A program made the position numbers and the translations under genes. From contig CAVSKQ010000004.1 in the NCBI GenBank assembly GCA_963728615.1, positions 462,364 to 526,363 on the forward strand: a stretch of 64,000 nt of DNA, given 5' to 3'. The notes beneath the pieces were generated by a model. The model saw only the letters and a program-made list of their open reading frames with translations, searched no databases and was not told the origin of the DNA. The number at the start of each line of letters is the position of its first letter. Position 1 is the stretch's first letter. Below, piece after piece: positions 1 through 12,889 of this stretch. Source of the stretch: an uncultured Gammaproteobacteria bacterium (GTDB taxonomy: Bacteria; Pseudomonadota; Gammaproteobacteria; Steroidobacterales; Steroidobacteraceae).

Positions 1-48
1 GGCGGGTGGACCGGGAGGGGCGGAATCTATAACATTCCGCCTCCTTTC

Positions 49-123
49 GGGCGCGTAGCTCAGCGGTAGAGCACTACCTTGACATGGTAGGGGTCACAGG
101 TTCGATCCCTGTCGCGCCCACCA
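49..123 (+). tRNA. tRNA-Val (anticodon GAC)
   Basis: 75-nt cloverleaf read by eye. Acceptor GGGCGCG/CGCGCCC, D-arm GCTC-AGCGGTA-GAGC, anticodon stem CTACC/GGTAG with loop TTGACAT (anticodon GAC), T-arm ACAGG-TTCGATC-CCTGT, discriminator A and encoded CCA. Confidence 0.93.
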
Positions 124-149
124 GAAACCCGGTTTTTACGCTCGGATTC

Positions 150-158
150 TGGTAGAAT
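150..158 (+). promoter_or_regulatory. Extended -10-like element (TGgTAGAAT) upstream of the RRM-protein gene
   Basis: TGnTAGAAT match lies about 150 nt upstream of the GTG at 312. No convincing -35 hexamer. It would imply a long 5' leader that contains a GCGCCG/CGGCGC hairpin at about 204-218. Confidence 0.25.
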
Positions 159-311
159 GCGCCGGTCTGGTGATTCCTTCAGTCCTGTCTTGCCTGGCTC
201 GATGCGCCGCTTCGGCGCGCCGTCCGACCCGGTCCAGCCACCACGAAACGCATCGCCGAACCGGCAGGTGGACATCCGCTTGCTGCTATTTTCCTCAAGT
301 GAGTAATCCAA

Positions 312-614
312 GTGACCAAGCTTTTTGTAGGTAACCTTCCTTTCTCCGCGACCGAGCAGTCGGTGCGCGCGCTGTTCGAGCCGCACGGCACGATCGAGTC
401 GCTCGCCCTGATCAACGACCGTGAAACCGGCCGCCCGCGCGGCTTCGGCTTCATCGAGATGTCGAACGCCGATGCATCCAAGGCCATGCAGGCCCTGAAT
501 GGCAAGGACTTCGAGGGCCGTGCCCTCAAGGTCAATGAGGCCCAGGCCAAGGAACGCAGCGGTGGCGGCGGTGGCGGCGGCGGCTTCCGCAGTGGCGGCG
601 GGAATCGTTACTGA
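312..614 (+). CDS. RNA-binding protein, single RRM domain with Gly-rich tail
   Basis: GTG start. RNP2 LFVGNL and RNP1 RGFGFIEM motifs are present, with C-terminal SGGGGGGGGFRSGGGNRY. Uninterrupted 100-aa ORF. Confidence 0.85.
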   Translation: MTKLFVGNLPFSATEQSVRALFEPHGTIESLALINDRETGRPRGFGFIEMSNADASKAMQALNGKDFEGRALKVNEAQAKERSGGGGGGGGFRSGGGNRY

Positions 615-624
615 TTCCGGCTCC

Positions 625-659
625 GGGCGTCGTGCCGTGCCCCGGCGCGACGCCCGTTT
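625..659 (+). terminator. Rho-independent terminator candidate after the RRM gene
   Basis: GGGCGTCG ... CGACGCCC stem followed by GTTT, starting 11 nt after the stop at 614. Confidence 0.5.
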
Positions 660-688
660 GATGATTCCGTAGCTCGCGAGGTGAACCC

Positions 689-1108
689 ATGCGCATCGTG
701 TCCCGTACCGCCCGTTCTATCCGTGAGCAGGAGCGCGAGAAGTCGATGCGCAACCGTGCGGCCGCCGGCACGATTGCGACCGCATTCCCGCGCAGCGAAC
801 AGGTGCGCATCCATCTTCAATTCGTTTCGCAGGATCGCCCGGCGCCCGCGGCGCGAACCCATGCGCTGTATCCTTCGGCGCAGGCCTATTTCGAGTTTGC
901 CTGCCCGCATGGCGACTGCGACGGCAGCATCGACCTGAACACCGTCGCATTCTCGTTACTCCGCGAGTCCGGTACCCAGCTCGCAGGCACCCTGCATTGT
1001 CCTGGGACGCGGACGGACGGGGGAGGGACGCGCCCGCCTTGCAACCAGCGCGTCGACTACTGGATCGACGTCAGCTATCAGTCGCTAGCGCGGGCCGGGG
1101 GTCGATAG
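689..1108 (+). CDS. Hypothetical protein with two Cys pairs (zinc-ribbon-like)
   Basis: ATG with GAGGTG 5 nt upstream. Cys pairs CPHGDC (C-x4-C) and CPG...C (C-x13-C). Codon third positions are mostly G/C. No family recognised. Confidence 0.5.
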   Translation: MRIVSRTARSIREQEREKSMRNRAAAGTIATAFPRSEQVRIHLQFVSQDRPAPAARTHALYPSAQAYFEFACPHGDCDGSIDLNTVAFSLLRESGTQLAGTLHCPGTRTDGGGTRPPCNQRVDYWIDVSYQSLARAGGR

Positions 1109-1125
1109 AGTAGTCTCCGGAGACG

Positions 1126-1566
1126 ATGCGACAGGCCGCCCGCCGGATCGTTGCCTCCTCGAGCGCACTCGTGGTCGCCGCTCTGCTGGGCCTGGCGCCT
1201 GGCGGTGCTGGATGGACCGCTGAAGAAACGCCCGCTCCGGACCTCGCCCAGTCACTGAAAGCCGCGAGCTCGTTTTCCCAGCCATTGAACCTGCTGCTGA
1301 CGCAGGAAGAGCTGCGCTCCGTCGTGCGCAACTACGAGACCAGGACCGGCGAACATCACACGGCCCCGATCAGCGACGAGGAAATCCTCGTAAAGGCGCC
1401 CGGCATGCTCGCACCGATGCGCGATCCCAGCCAGGACGTCGGCTTCGGGATTTTCGCCCCGTTCTGGGCCCTTGCGCATCCCAAGGATGCGTGGCGGATC
1501 TTCGTCCCGATTCCACCCAAGGGTCCCGCACGGGAAACCGAGCGACCCGCGCCCGACCCGCGTTAG
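1126..1566 (+). CDS. Hypothetical secreted protein
   Basis: Signal-like N-terminus RRIVASSSALVVAALLGLAPGGAG. GC-rich third positions. Its stop codon overlaps the stop of the convergent hydrolase gene. No family recognised. Confidence 0.5.
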   Translation: MRQAARRIVASSSALVVAALLGLAPGGAGWTAEETPAPDLAQSLKAASSFSQPLNLLLTQEELRSVVRNYETRTGEHHTAPISDEEILVKAPGMLAPMRDPSQDVGFGIFAPFWALAHPKDAWRIFVPIPPKGPARETERPAPDPR

Positions 1567-2865
1567 CCGCGGTCGATCGCGAGCAGCGTCCGCAAGAGCA
1601 GGTTTGCGCCGTTCGCAATGTCGGCAGCCGCCGTGAATTCCTGCGGCGCAGTGGCTGATTCCGCCCTCGCTTGGCACGAAAATCATGGCGATCGGCGCGA
1701 CGTGCGCCATTTCCTGGGCATCGTGACCGGCGCCGCTCGGCATGCGCCGATGCGACAGTTCGAGTGACTCCGCGGATGCCTCGATGAGCTTGCGCAACCG
1801 CTCGTCGGTGGGTGCGGGCTCGAGTGCGAGCTCGACTTCGGCGAACCGCATCGACGTGCCGCGCGCGGCCGCGATGCGATGACGCCTCGGACTCGATCGC
1901 CCGGAACACGGACTCCATCTTCTCCGCCGCGAGGTCGCGGATCTCGAGGCTCAGGGTGACGCGGCCCGGAATCACGTTGGGTGCGCCGGGTTCGGCGCTG
2001 GATGCGGCCGACCGTTGCGACCTGCGTGCCTGGCGTCGTCGACGCGATGCGGTTCACGGCCAGCGCGAACTCGGCTGCGGTGACGAGCGCGTCGCGCCTG
2101 CGGTCCATCGGCGTCGTGCCAGCATGGTTCGCGACGCCCTCGACCGTGACGTCCCACCAGCGGATGCCGACGATGCCCTCGACGACGCCGATGTCGATGT
2201 CCGACTCGTCGAGGATCGCGCCCTGCTCGATGTGCAGCTCGACGAACGCCGCCACCGAGCCGGGCGCACGGCGCGACTCGGCGAGCCGCGCGGGATCGCC
2301 GCCGACTGCGCGGATGCCGTCGCGGATCGTGAGTCCGCTGTGGCTGACGATGTCGAGCGTCGAGGCGCTGAGGCGGCCGGCCATGGCCTGGCTGCCGGCC
2401 GTGCCGCCTTCCTCATCGGTGAAAACCACGAACTCGAGCGGATGGCGCGTCGTCAAGCCTCCGTCGCGCAGGAGTTCCGCCACCTCGATGGCGCCGAGCG
2501 ACTCCCACGTCGCCGTCGTAGTTGCCGCCCTGCGGCACCGAGTCGATGTGTGATCCCGTCATGATCACCGGCAGCTCCGGGTCTGTTCCGGCACGGTGGC
2601 CGATGATGTTTCCGGCGGTGTCGACCCGCACCTCGAGCCCTGCGCCCAGCATCAGCGACTTCACGTATGCCCGGCCGGCGATGTCGGCCTTGCTGAACGC
2701 GACGCGGCTCACGCCGCCTTCGGGATTGGCGCCGAAGCGGCCGAGCTCGTGGATGCGCCGCTCGAGGCGTCCGGCGTTTGCGGGTGGCAGCGCGTCGTCT
2801 GCCGACGCGATCGACGCGGCAGCGGCAGCCGTCGCGAGCCAGAAGAGTGCAGGCAACTTGAGCAT
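1563..2865 (-). CDS. M20-family Zn-dependent amidohydrolase (allantoate amidohydrolase / N-carbamoyl-amino-acid hydrolase type), frame-disrupted as written
   Basis: Reconstructed across minus-strand ORFs 2413..3168, 1683..2483, 1370..1975 and 1252..1851 plus a last short frame. Signal peptide [22 protein letters not shown]. Family segments [67 protein letters not shown] and C-terminus [19 protein letters not shown]. At least 4 frame changes are needed. Confidence 0.7.
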
Positions 2866-2922
2866 GGCGCCAATCCCCCGGGAATCCTCTAACATCATGC
2901 GTTTGGACGCGGATGGAGCGCA

Positions 2923-4868
2923 ATGCCCGTAGTCACGCTGCCGGACGGCAGCCAGAAGACCTTCGACCGTCCGGTCACGGTCGCGGAAGTCGCCGCCGTC
3001 GATCGGCAAGGGACTCGCGCAAGCGCGGCGCTCGCGGGCGTGGTCGACGGCCGGCTCGTGGACACCTCGCACGTCGATCGAGCGCGATGCGACGCTGCGC
3101 ATCATCACGTCGAAGGATCCGCGAAGGCCTCGAGATCCTGCGTCACTCGACCGCGCACCTGCTGGCACAGGCCGTGCAGTCGATCTATCCGAAGGCGCAG
3201 GTGACGATCGGCCCGGTGATCGACGACGGGTTCTACTACGACTTCGCCTTCGAGCGGCCCTTCACGCCGGAGGACCTCGCGCAGTTCGAGCAGAAGATGC
3301 GCGAGATCGTGAAGGCCGACCAGCCGGTGCGCCGGCGCGTGCTCGTCGCGCGACGCCGCGGTCGCGCACTTCAAGTCGATCGGCGAGCACTACAAGGCCG
3401 AGATCATCGCGGCGATCCCGGCAGGCGAGGAGATCTCGCTCTACGGCCAGGGCGATTGGGAAGACCTCTGCCGCGGGCCGCACGTGCCGTCGACCGGCAA
3501 GCTCGGCGCGTTCAAGCTGACCAAGGTCGCCGGCGCCTACTGGCGCGGCGATTCGCGCAACGAGATGCTCCAGCGCATCTACGGCACGGCCTGGCCCGAC
3601 GACAAGCAGCTCGAAGGACTACCTGACGCGGCTCGAGGAAGCCGAGAAGCGCGACCACCGGCGGATCGGCCGCGAACTCGACCTGTTCCACTTCCAGGAG
3701 GAAGCGCCCGGCGCCGTGTTCTGGCATCCGCAAGGGCTGGACCATCTTCCAGCAGCTGATCGCCTACATGCGCGAGAAGCAGGCGGCCGCCGGTTACCAG
3801 GAGATCAGCAGCCCCGAGATCATGGACCGCGAGCTCTGGGTGCAGTCCGGCCACGTCGAGAAATTCGGCGAGAACATGTTCCTGACCAGGACGCCCGACG
3901 AGCGCGTCTACGCCATCAAGCCGATGAACTGTCCCGGGCACGTCCAGGTGTTCCGCCAGGGCCTGCACAGCTACCGGGAGCTGCCGATCCGGTACGCGGA
4001 GTTCGGCAAGGTGCACCGCTACGAGCCCTCGGGCGCGCTGCACGGCCTGCTGCGCGTGCGCGCCTTCACGCAGGACGACGCCCACGTGTTCGTGACCGAG
4101 GACCAGATCAGCGAGGAGACCGTGCGCGGCATCGAGCTCATGATGTCGATCTACCGCGACTTCGGCTTCGAGAACGTCCGCGTAAAGTTCGCGGATCGTC
4201 CCGGCGCGGCGCGTCGGCGACGACGACGACCTGGACGCGAGCGGAAGAGGCGCTCGAAGTCGGCGACGCGCGCCGCCGGCATCGAATACGAATTCAACCC
4301 GGGCGAGGGCGCCTTCTACGGGCCCGAAGCTCGAGTTCGTGCTGAAGGACGCGATCGGCCGCGACTGGCAATGCGGCACCTGGCAGGTCGACCTGAACCT
4401 GCCGGGCCGGCTCGGCGCGCACTACGTCGACGAGCACAGCCAGCAAGCGCACGCCGGTCATGCTGCACCGCGCGATCTTCGGCTCGCTCGAGCGCTTCTT
4501 CGGCATCCTGCTCGAGCATCACGCCGGCCAGACTGCCGGCCTGGCTGTCGCCCCGGTGCAGGCGGTCGTGATGAATATCAGCGAAAAGCAGGCCGAATTT
4601 CGCCGCCGAGGCCGCCGAATTCCTTAGAAATCAGGGGCTTCGCGCCGAAATCGACTTGCGGAACGAGAAGGTGGGCTATAAAATCCGCGAGCACACGCTG
4701 AAGCGTGTCCCGTACCTGCTGGTCGCAGGCGATCGGGAAGTCGAGTCCAGGCAGTTGGCCGTGCGCACGCGCTCCGGGAAGGATCTGGGTGCCATGCCCC
4801 TGGAAGAGGTGGCCGCTCGGATCGCCCAGGATGTGGCGAGCCGCGGCCTTGGTCATTTGGAGGACTGA
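2923..4868 (+). CDS. thrS: Threonine--tRNA ligase, frame-disrupted as written
   Basis: The path through ORFs starting at 2923, 2913, 3484, 3716, 3768, 4339 and 4656 gives a full ThrRS. Segments: [115 protein letters not shown]. At least ten frame changes are required. Confidence 0.9.
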
Positions 4869-4870
4869 AT

Positions 4871-5390
4871 ATTTCGACAACGAAACGCGTAAGGCGCAAT
4901 GAGGAGATCCTTGCGCCGCAATTACGCGTGATAGGCGCCGACGGAAGCCAGGTCGGCGTCCTGAGCCGCAGCGAGGCGCTTGCGAAGGCCGCCGCTGAAG
5001 AGCTGGATCTCGTGGAAGTTTCGCCGACCGCCGAGCCGCCTGTCTGCCGGATCATGGACTTCGGAAAGTTCCTGTTCGAGCAGAACAAGAAGGCTCACTC
5101 GGCGAAGCGCAAGCAGAAGCAGATCCAGCTCAAGGAAGTGAAATTCCGGCCGGGCACGGAAACGGCGGATTACCAGGTCAAGCTGCGTAATCTGATCAGG
5201 TTCCTGACCGGCGGTGACAAGGCCAAGGTAACCATGCGGTTCCGCGGCCGGGAGATGGCCCACACCGAGGTCGGGCGCAGGCTCCTCGACCGCCTGGTGA
5301 TCGATCTCGCCGATGTACGGCGCGATCGAACAGCATGCTGCGATGGAAGGGCGCCAGATCACGATGGTGATATCTCCGAAGAAGAAGTGA
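4871..5390 (+). CDS. infC: Translation initiation factor IF-3, candidate ATT start, one frame change near 5320
   Basis: Segments [49 protein letters not shown] and [41 protein letters not shown]. The C-terminus [14 protein letters not shown] continues in another frame to the stop at 5388-5390. In-frame ATT at 4871 lies 2 nt after the thrS stop. Confidence 0.85.
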
Positions 5391-5461
5391 CCGGCGGGTA
5401 ACCGCCGATACGCCTCCAGCCCGCGCAAGCGGTGTGAAGAGGTCAAAACAGGAGACGATCG

Positions 5462-5656
5462 ATGCCCAAGTTGAAGACCAACCGGGCTGCGGCGAAGCGT
5501 TTTCGCAAGACTGCGAAGGGCTTCAAGCGCGGCCAGGCGAACCGCCGCCACATCCTCACCAAGATGACGAAGAAGCGTAAGCGCCAGCTGCGCGGCGCGA
5601 CGATGGTCCACGAGACCGACGTCGGCCGGCTCGTGCGGCTGCTGCCGCACGCCTGA
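5462..5656 (+). CDS. rpmI: 50S ribosomal protein L35
   Basis: [45 protein letters not shown]; intact 64-aa ORF in the infC-rpmI-rplT position. Confidence 0.95.
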   Translation: MPKLKTNRAAAKRFRKTAKGFKRGQANRRHILTKMTKKRKRQLRGATMVHETDVGRLVRLLPHA

Positions 5657-5688
5657 TTCTCATTCTTAGTGAATAGGATGATACAGAC

Positions 5689-9495
<3,807 letters not shown>

Positions 9496-9500
9496 TGGGA

Positions 9501-9797
9501 ATGGCACTGACCAAGGCGGAAATCGCCGAAGCCTTGTTCAACCAGCTCGGGTTGAACAAGCGCGAGGCGCGCGAGCTCGTCGATCTCTTTTTCGAGGAGA
9601 TCCGTGCGGCGCTTGCAACCGGCGAGCAGGTCAAGCTGTCGGGCTTCGGCAACTTCGACTTGCGCGACAAGAACCAGCGTCCGGGAAGGAATCCCAAGAC
9701 CGGCGAGGAAATCCCGATTTCCGCGCGCCGCGTCGTGACGTTCCGTCCCGGACAGAAGCTGAAGGCGCGCGTCGAAGCTTATGCTGGAAGCAAGTAA
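9501..9797 (+). CDS. ihfA: Integration host factor alpha subunit
   Basis: [88 protein letters not shown]. The ORF track opens at GTG 9495, but ATG 9501 matches the usual IHF-alpha N-terminus. Confidence 0.93.
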   Translation: MALTKAEIAEALFNQLGLNKREARELVDLFFEEIRAALATGEQVKLSGFGNFDLRDKNQRPGRNPKTGEEIPISARRVVTFRPGQKLKARVEAYAGSK

Positions 9798-10136
9798 CAA
9801 CAAGGAACTGCCGGCGATCCCGGCGAAGCGCTACTTCACGATCGGTGAAGTCAGCGACCTGTGCGGCGTGAAGCCGCACGTGCTGCGCTACTGGGAGCAG
9901 GAGTTCCCGCAGCTCAAGCCCGTCAAGCGCCGCGGCAACCGCCGCTACTACCAGCGCCAGGACGTGATCACCATCCGCCAGATCCGCAGCCTGCTGTACG
10001 ACGAGGGCTTCACGATCGGCGGCGCGCGCAACCGGCTCGACGGCGACGAGGCGCGCGAGGACAACACCCAGGCCGGCAGGTCATCCGCCAGGTGCGCGCC
10101 GAGCTCGAGGAGCTGCTCCGCATCCTGCGGCGCTGA
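9781..10136 (+). CDS. MerR-family transcriptional regulator (the conserved gene downstream of ihfA), one frame change near 10070-10082
   Basis: [49 protein letters not shown]-terminus [19 protein letters not shown] lies in the frame of ORF 9861..10136. The start overlaps the ihfA 3' end. Confidence 0.8.
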
Positions 10137-10172
10137 GCCCGGCTCCCGCCGGATCGGCTATCATTCGAGTGT

Positions 10173-10249
10173 CGGAGCGTGGCGCAGCCTGGTAGCGCAC
10201 TTGCATGGGGTGCAAGGGGTCGCGGGTTCAAATCTCGCCGCTCCGACCA
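10173..10249 (+). tRNA. tRNA-Pro (anticodon GGG)
   Basis: 77-nt cloverleaf. Acceptor CGGAGCG/CGCTCCG, D-arm GCGC-AGCCTGGTA-GCGC, anticodon stem CTTGC/GCAAG with loop ATGGGGT (anticodon GGG), T-arm GCGGG-TTCAAAT-CTCGC, encoded CCA. Confidence 0.93.
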
Positions 10250-10281
10250 ATTCAAACCAACCGCACTGCACCTTGATCCCG

Positions 10282-10310
10282 TTGACAGCGGCGCCTATCA
10301 CGCCTAGCTT
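10282..10310 (+). promoter_or_regulatory. Sigma70-like promoter candidate for the basic-protein gene
   Basis: Perfect -35 TTGACA (10282-10287), 17-nt spacer, -10-like TAGCTT (10305-10310). Followed by a GGGCGTC/GACGCCC hairpin (10318-10340) in the putative leader. Confidence 0.35.
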
Positions 10311-10372
10311 GCCTGCGGGGCGTCGCGACCCGTGACGCCCGGTTCAGGGTGTGCGACATCCGGAGACTCAAC

Positions 10373-10711
10373 ATGGCAAAGAGAAAGTCGGGAAGCAGCG
10401 TGCGACGTCGCTCGGCGGCGCGCCGCGTCAAGCGCACGGTGAAGCGCAAGGTCCGTCGCGCCAAGCGGAAGGTGGTGCGCCGGGTGGTGCGGCGCAGGGC
10501 AGGGGCGCGCAGGACCGCGCGCCGCGGAGGACGCAAGGCGGCGCGCAAGGTCCGTCGAGCCGGACGCAAGACCGCGCGCAAGGTCAAGCGCGCGGTACGC
10601 CGCAAACCACGGGTTCGCCGGCAGGCGAAGCGAGCAGTGCGGAGGTCCGTCACGTCTCAGCCGGGACCGGTAACGCCACCGGGGTCCCCGCAGGAACCGC
10701 TCATCGTCTGA
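10373..10711 (+). CDS. Arg/Lys-rich histone-H1-like basic protein (about 112 aa)
   Basis: ATG preceded by GGAGA 6 nt upstream. About half the residues are R or K, in degenerate A-R-K-V-(R/K)-R-A repeats. Pro-rich non-basic tail SQPGPVTPPGSPQEPLIV. The mirror ORF on the minus strand lacks a comparable start context. Confidence 0.6.
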   Translation: MAKRKSGSSVRRRSAARRVKRTVKRKVRRAKRKVVRRVVRRRAGARRTARRGGRKAARKVRRAGRKTARKVKRAVRRKPRVRRQAKRAVRRSVTSQPGPVTPPGSPQEPLIV

Positions 10712-10736
10712 TTGGGCGGCTGTCCGCTCCGGCCGA

Positions 10737-11621
10737 TCAACCGGGATTTCGGGCGCTGATGAACCAGGTGCTGGACGGCGCCCAGATCCCGTCCGTGCGC
10801 TCGTAGCGCGACAGCGCCTCGCGGAGCGCTGCGACGACCGTCGGCTTCAGCCGTTCGCCCTCGGCACCGGCCAGCCGGATGATCTCTCCGGCGGGTCCCA
10901 GCGCGATCGCGAATTCGACCGCCTCGTCCAGGTCACGCCCGATGCAGATGTCGGCGTCGTAGCGCTCGAACACGATGCCGGCGAAACCGGCAGACTTCAT
11001 CATCGAGCTCACCATGTCGGGGCCGGACATCGAAAACGGCCCGGGACCGCAGTGCACCTGGTCGGTTTCATCGTGCGAGACGACCGGCACGATCTCGCGC
11101 ACGCGAATTTCGGCGTCGTGCAGCCAGGGGTTGTCTTCGCGCTTGCGCCAGACGATCTGCGCAAAACGCCCGCCCGGCTTCAGCGCCTTGCGTATGTTCC
11201 TGAGCGCGGGAACGGGCGACATGAAGAACATGGTGCCGAAGCGCGCGAACGCCTGGTCGTAGGGTCCGCGCAGGTCGTCGTCCTGCACGTCGGCGACGAA
11301 GAATTTCGCATTGCGGATGCCCGCGGCCGCGGCGTCGCGCTCGCCCGTCGCGATGAATCGCTCGGCGCAGTCGACGCCGACCGCTTCGCCCGACGGGCCG
11401 ACGAGTTCCGCGATCCTTATCGTGCTGTCGCCGAAGCCGCAGCCGACGTCCAGCACGCGCTCGCCGGCCCGGAACAGGCCGCGCGCGAGCAGCTCGTCGC
11501 TGTGTCCCGCGAGCCCGGCCACGAGAAGGTGCTTGAACCGCTCGAACTTGTCGAACAGCACCGTGTTCCAGGCTTCGACCACGATGTTGTTGGCGGTAGG
11601 CGTGGAGCCTTCGGCATTCAT
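10737..11621 (-). CDS. Class I SAM-dependent methyltransferase
   Basis: Motif I VLDVGCGFGDSTIRIAELVG, post-I VGVDCAERF, later KPGGRF. The start ATG overlaps the stop of the upstream MFS gene. Only the C-terminal 294 aa of the 721-aa track ORF is credible. Confidence 0.85.
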   Translation of the reverse strand: MNAEGSTPTANNIVVEAWNTVLFDKFERFKHLLVAGLAGHSDELLARGLFRAGERVLDVGCGFGDSTIRIAELVGPSGEAVGVDCAERFIATGERDAAAAGIRNAKFFVADVQDDDLRGPYDQAFARFGTMFFMSPVPALRNIRKALKPGGRFAQIVWRKREDNPWLHDAEIRVREIVPVVSHDETDQVHCGPGPFSMSGPDMVSSMMKSAGFAGIVFERYDADICIGRDLDEAVEFAIALGPAGEIIRLAGAEGERLKPTVVAALREALSRYERTDGIWAPSSTWFISARNPG

Positions 11622-12889
11622 CGCGATGCGGTCTCCTCCGGCGGCTTCACGCCGCGGAATGTCCAGAGCAGCAGCAGGTCGTACGCGATCTTCAGCAAGC
11701 CGCAGATGATGAGCGGCCATGCCAAGTATCCCGCCGCGAACAAGGCGCCGGCAAGGGCCGGGCTTGCCGCGGATGCGAGCCCTCGAGGGACCGAGGTGAC
11801 GCTCGCGGCGGCCGGGCGCTCGGCGGGCGTGACGACTGCCATGACGTAGGACGAGCGGGTCGGGACATCCATCTGCGAAAGTGCCGCGCGCGCGAGCAGG
11901 AGCGCGAGTGCGATCTCGAGATCCGGGGCCAGCGCTGCGCCGATGAGAAACAGGCTCGACGGTATGTGCGTGTATACCATGGTGTTCAGGAGCCCGATGC
12001 GACCGGCGAGCCAGGCGGCGGCGGGATAGGACAACGCGGCGAGGAGCCCCGAGGCAAAGAAGAAAGTGCCGGCCGCCGCGAGCGACAAATCGAACCGCTC
12101 GAACAGCCACAGGGCGAGCAGCGACTGGACGGCGAGGCCGCCTGCGAACGCGTCGATGCTGAACAGCGCCGCGAGGCGCAGGACGATGCGCCTGGACGGG
12201 CCCAGCGCAAACGAATGCGTTGCAGGCGCGGAGCCCGTTTCCACGGGAATGAGGCGGTAACACAGGGCGCCGGCGGCGCCGAGCACCGCGTACAGGATGA
12301 ACATCGCCCGCAACGCGTCGATGCGCGGGATGCCGAGCCCCACGAGCAGTTCCGGGCTGCCGGCAGCGAGCGACCCGATCGATGCGGCGATCGCGCCTGT
12401 CAGGCCATAGGCCGCAAAGAGCCGCGTGCGGCGATTCGCGGGTGCGCTTCCGGCGAGAAGCGCATTTTCCATCGGGACGAAAACGCTGACGTTGCCGGCC
12501 GACGGATTGATCGTGCCGACGAACGCGACCAGCAGGAGCCAGCCGAAGTCGGCGGCGACGGCGAAGGCAAGGCCCGTGCAGACCATCAGCGCGGACGCTG
12601 CCAGCAGCAGCGCGCGTTGCGCGCCTGGGCGGCCGAACAGGCCGATTGCGAGCGTCGTCAACGACGACCCGAGCAGGGCGAATGTGGATACGAGACCGAC
12701 GGCGAACGGGGAGAATCCGAGCTCGGTCAGGTATACGGCGAGCAGGACGGCGACGAAGCCGTCGCCGAAGTCGCGCAGAGCGCGCGCGGCGTAGAGACAG
12801 GATGCGGGATCCGGGCGCCGCCGTGGCGCGCCGGATCCCGCCGGAATCCGTTCCGGCCCCGTCACGGAGCCTGTGACTTGATCTCCCAA
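11618..12889 (-). CDS. MFS transporter
   Basis: 423-aa uninterrupted ORF with about 12 hydrophobic segments and typical MFS loop composition. Confidence 0.8.
   Translation of the reverse strand: MGDQVTGSVTGPERIPAGSGAPRRRPDPASCLYAARALRDFGDGFVAVLLAVYLTELGFSPFAVGLVSTFALLGSSLTTLAIGLFGRPGAQRALLLAASALMVCTGLAFAVAADFGWLLLVAFVGTINPSAGNVSVFVPMENALLAGSAPANRRTRLFAAYGLTGAIAASIGSLAAGSPELLVGLGIPRIDALRAMFILYAVLGAAGALCYRLIPVETGSAPATHSFALGPSRRIVLRLAALFSIDAFAGGLAVQSLLALWLFERFDLSLAAAGTFFFASGLLAALSYPAAAWLAGRIGLLNTMVYTHIPSSLFLIGAALAPDLEIALALLLARAALSQMDVPTRSSYVMAVVTPAERPAAASVTSVPRGLASAASPALAGALFAAGYLAWPLIICGLLKIAYDLLLLWTFRGVKPPEETASR

Noticed and set aside
19-41. Hairpin GGCGGAAT-CTATAAC-ATTCCGCC upstream of tRNA-Val as a terminator, or TATAAC as the tRNA promoter -10.
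   Set aside because: It lies too close to the window edge to know the upstream context. There is no U-tract and no -35, so either reading is speculative.
60-550. Minus-strand ORFs 60..386 and 179..550 overlapping tRNA-Val and the RRM gene.
   Set aside because: They overlap a confident tRNA and a motif-supported CDS on the other strand. Their translations have no recognisable features.
10252-10653. Minus-strand 133-aa Arg-rich ORF mirroring the basic-protein gene.
   Set aside because: The repeat DNA is open on both strands. The plus-strand ORF has an ATG with a GGAGA RBS and a promoter-like element, and the minus-strand ORF has neither. It is kept only as a caveat.
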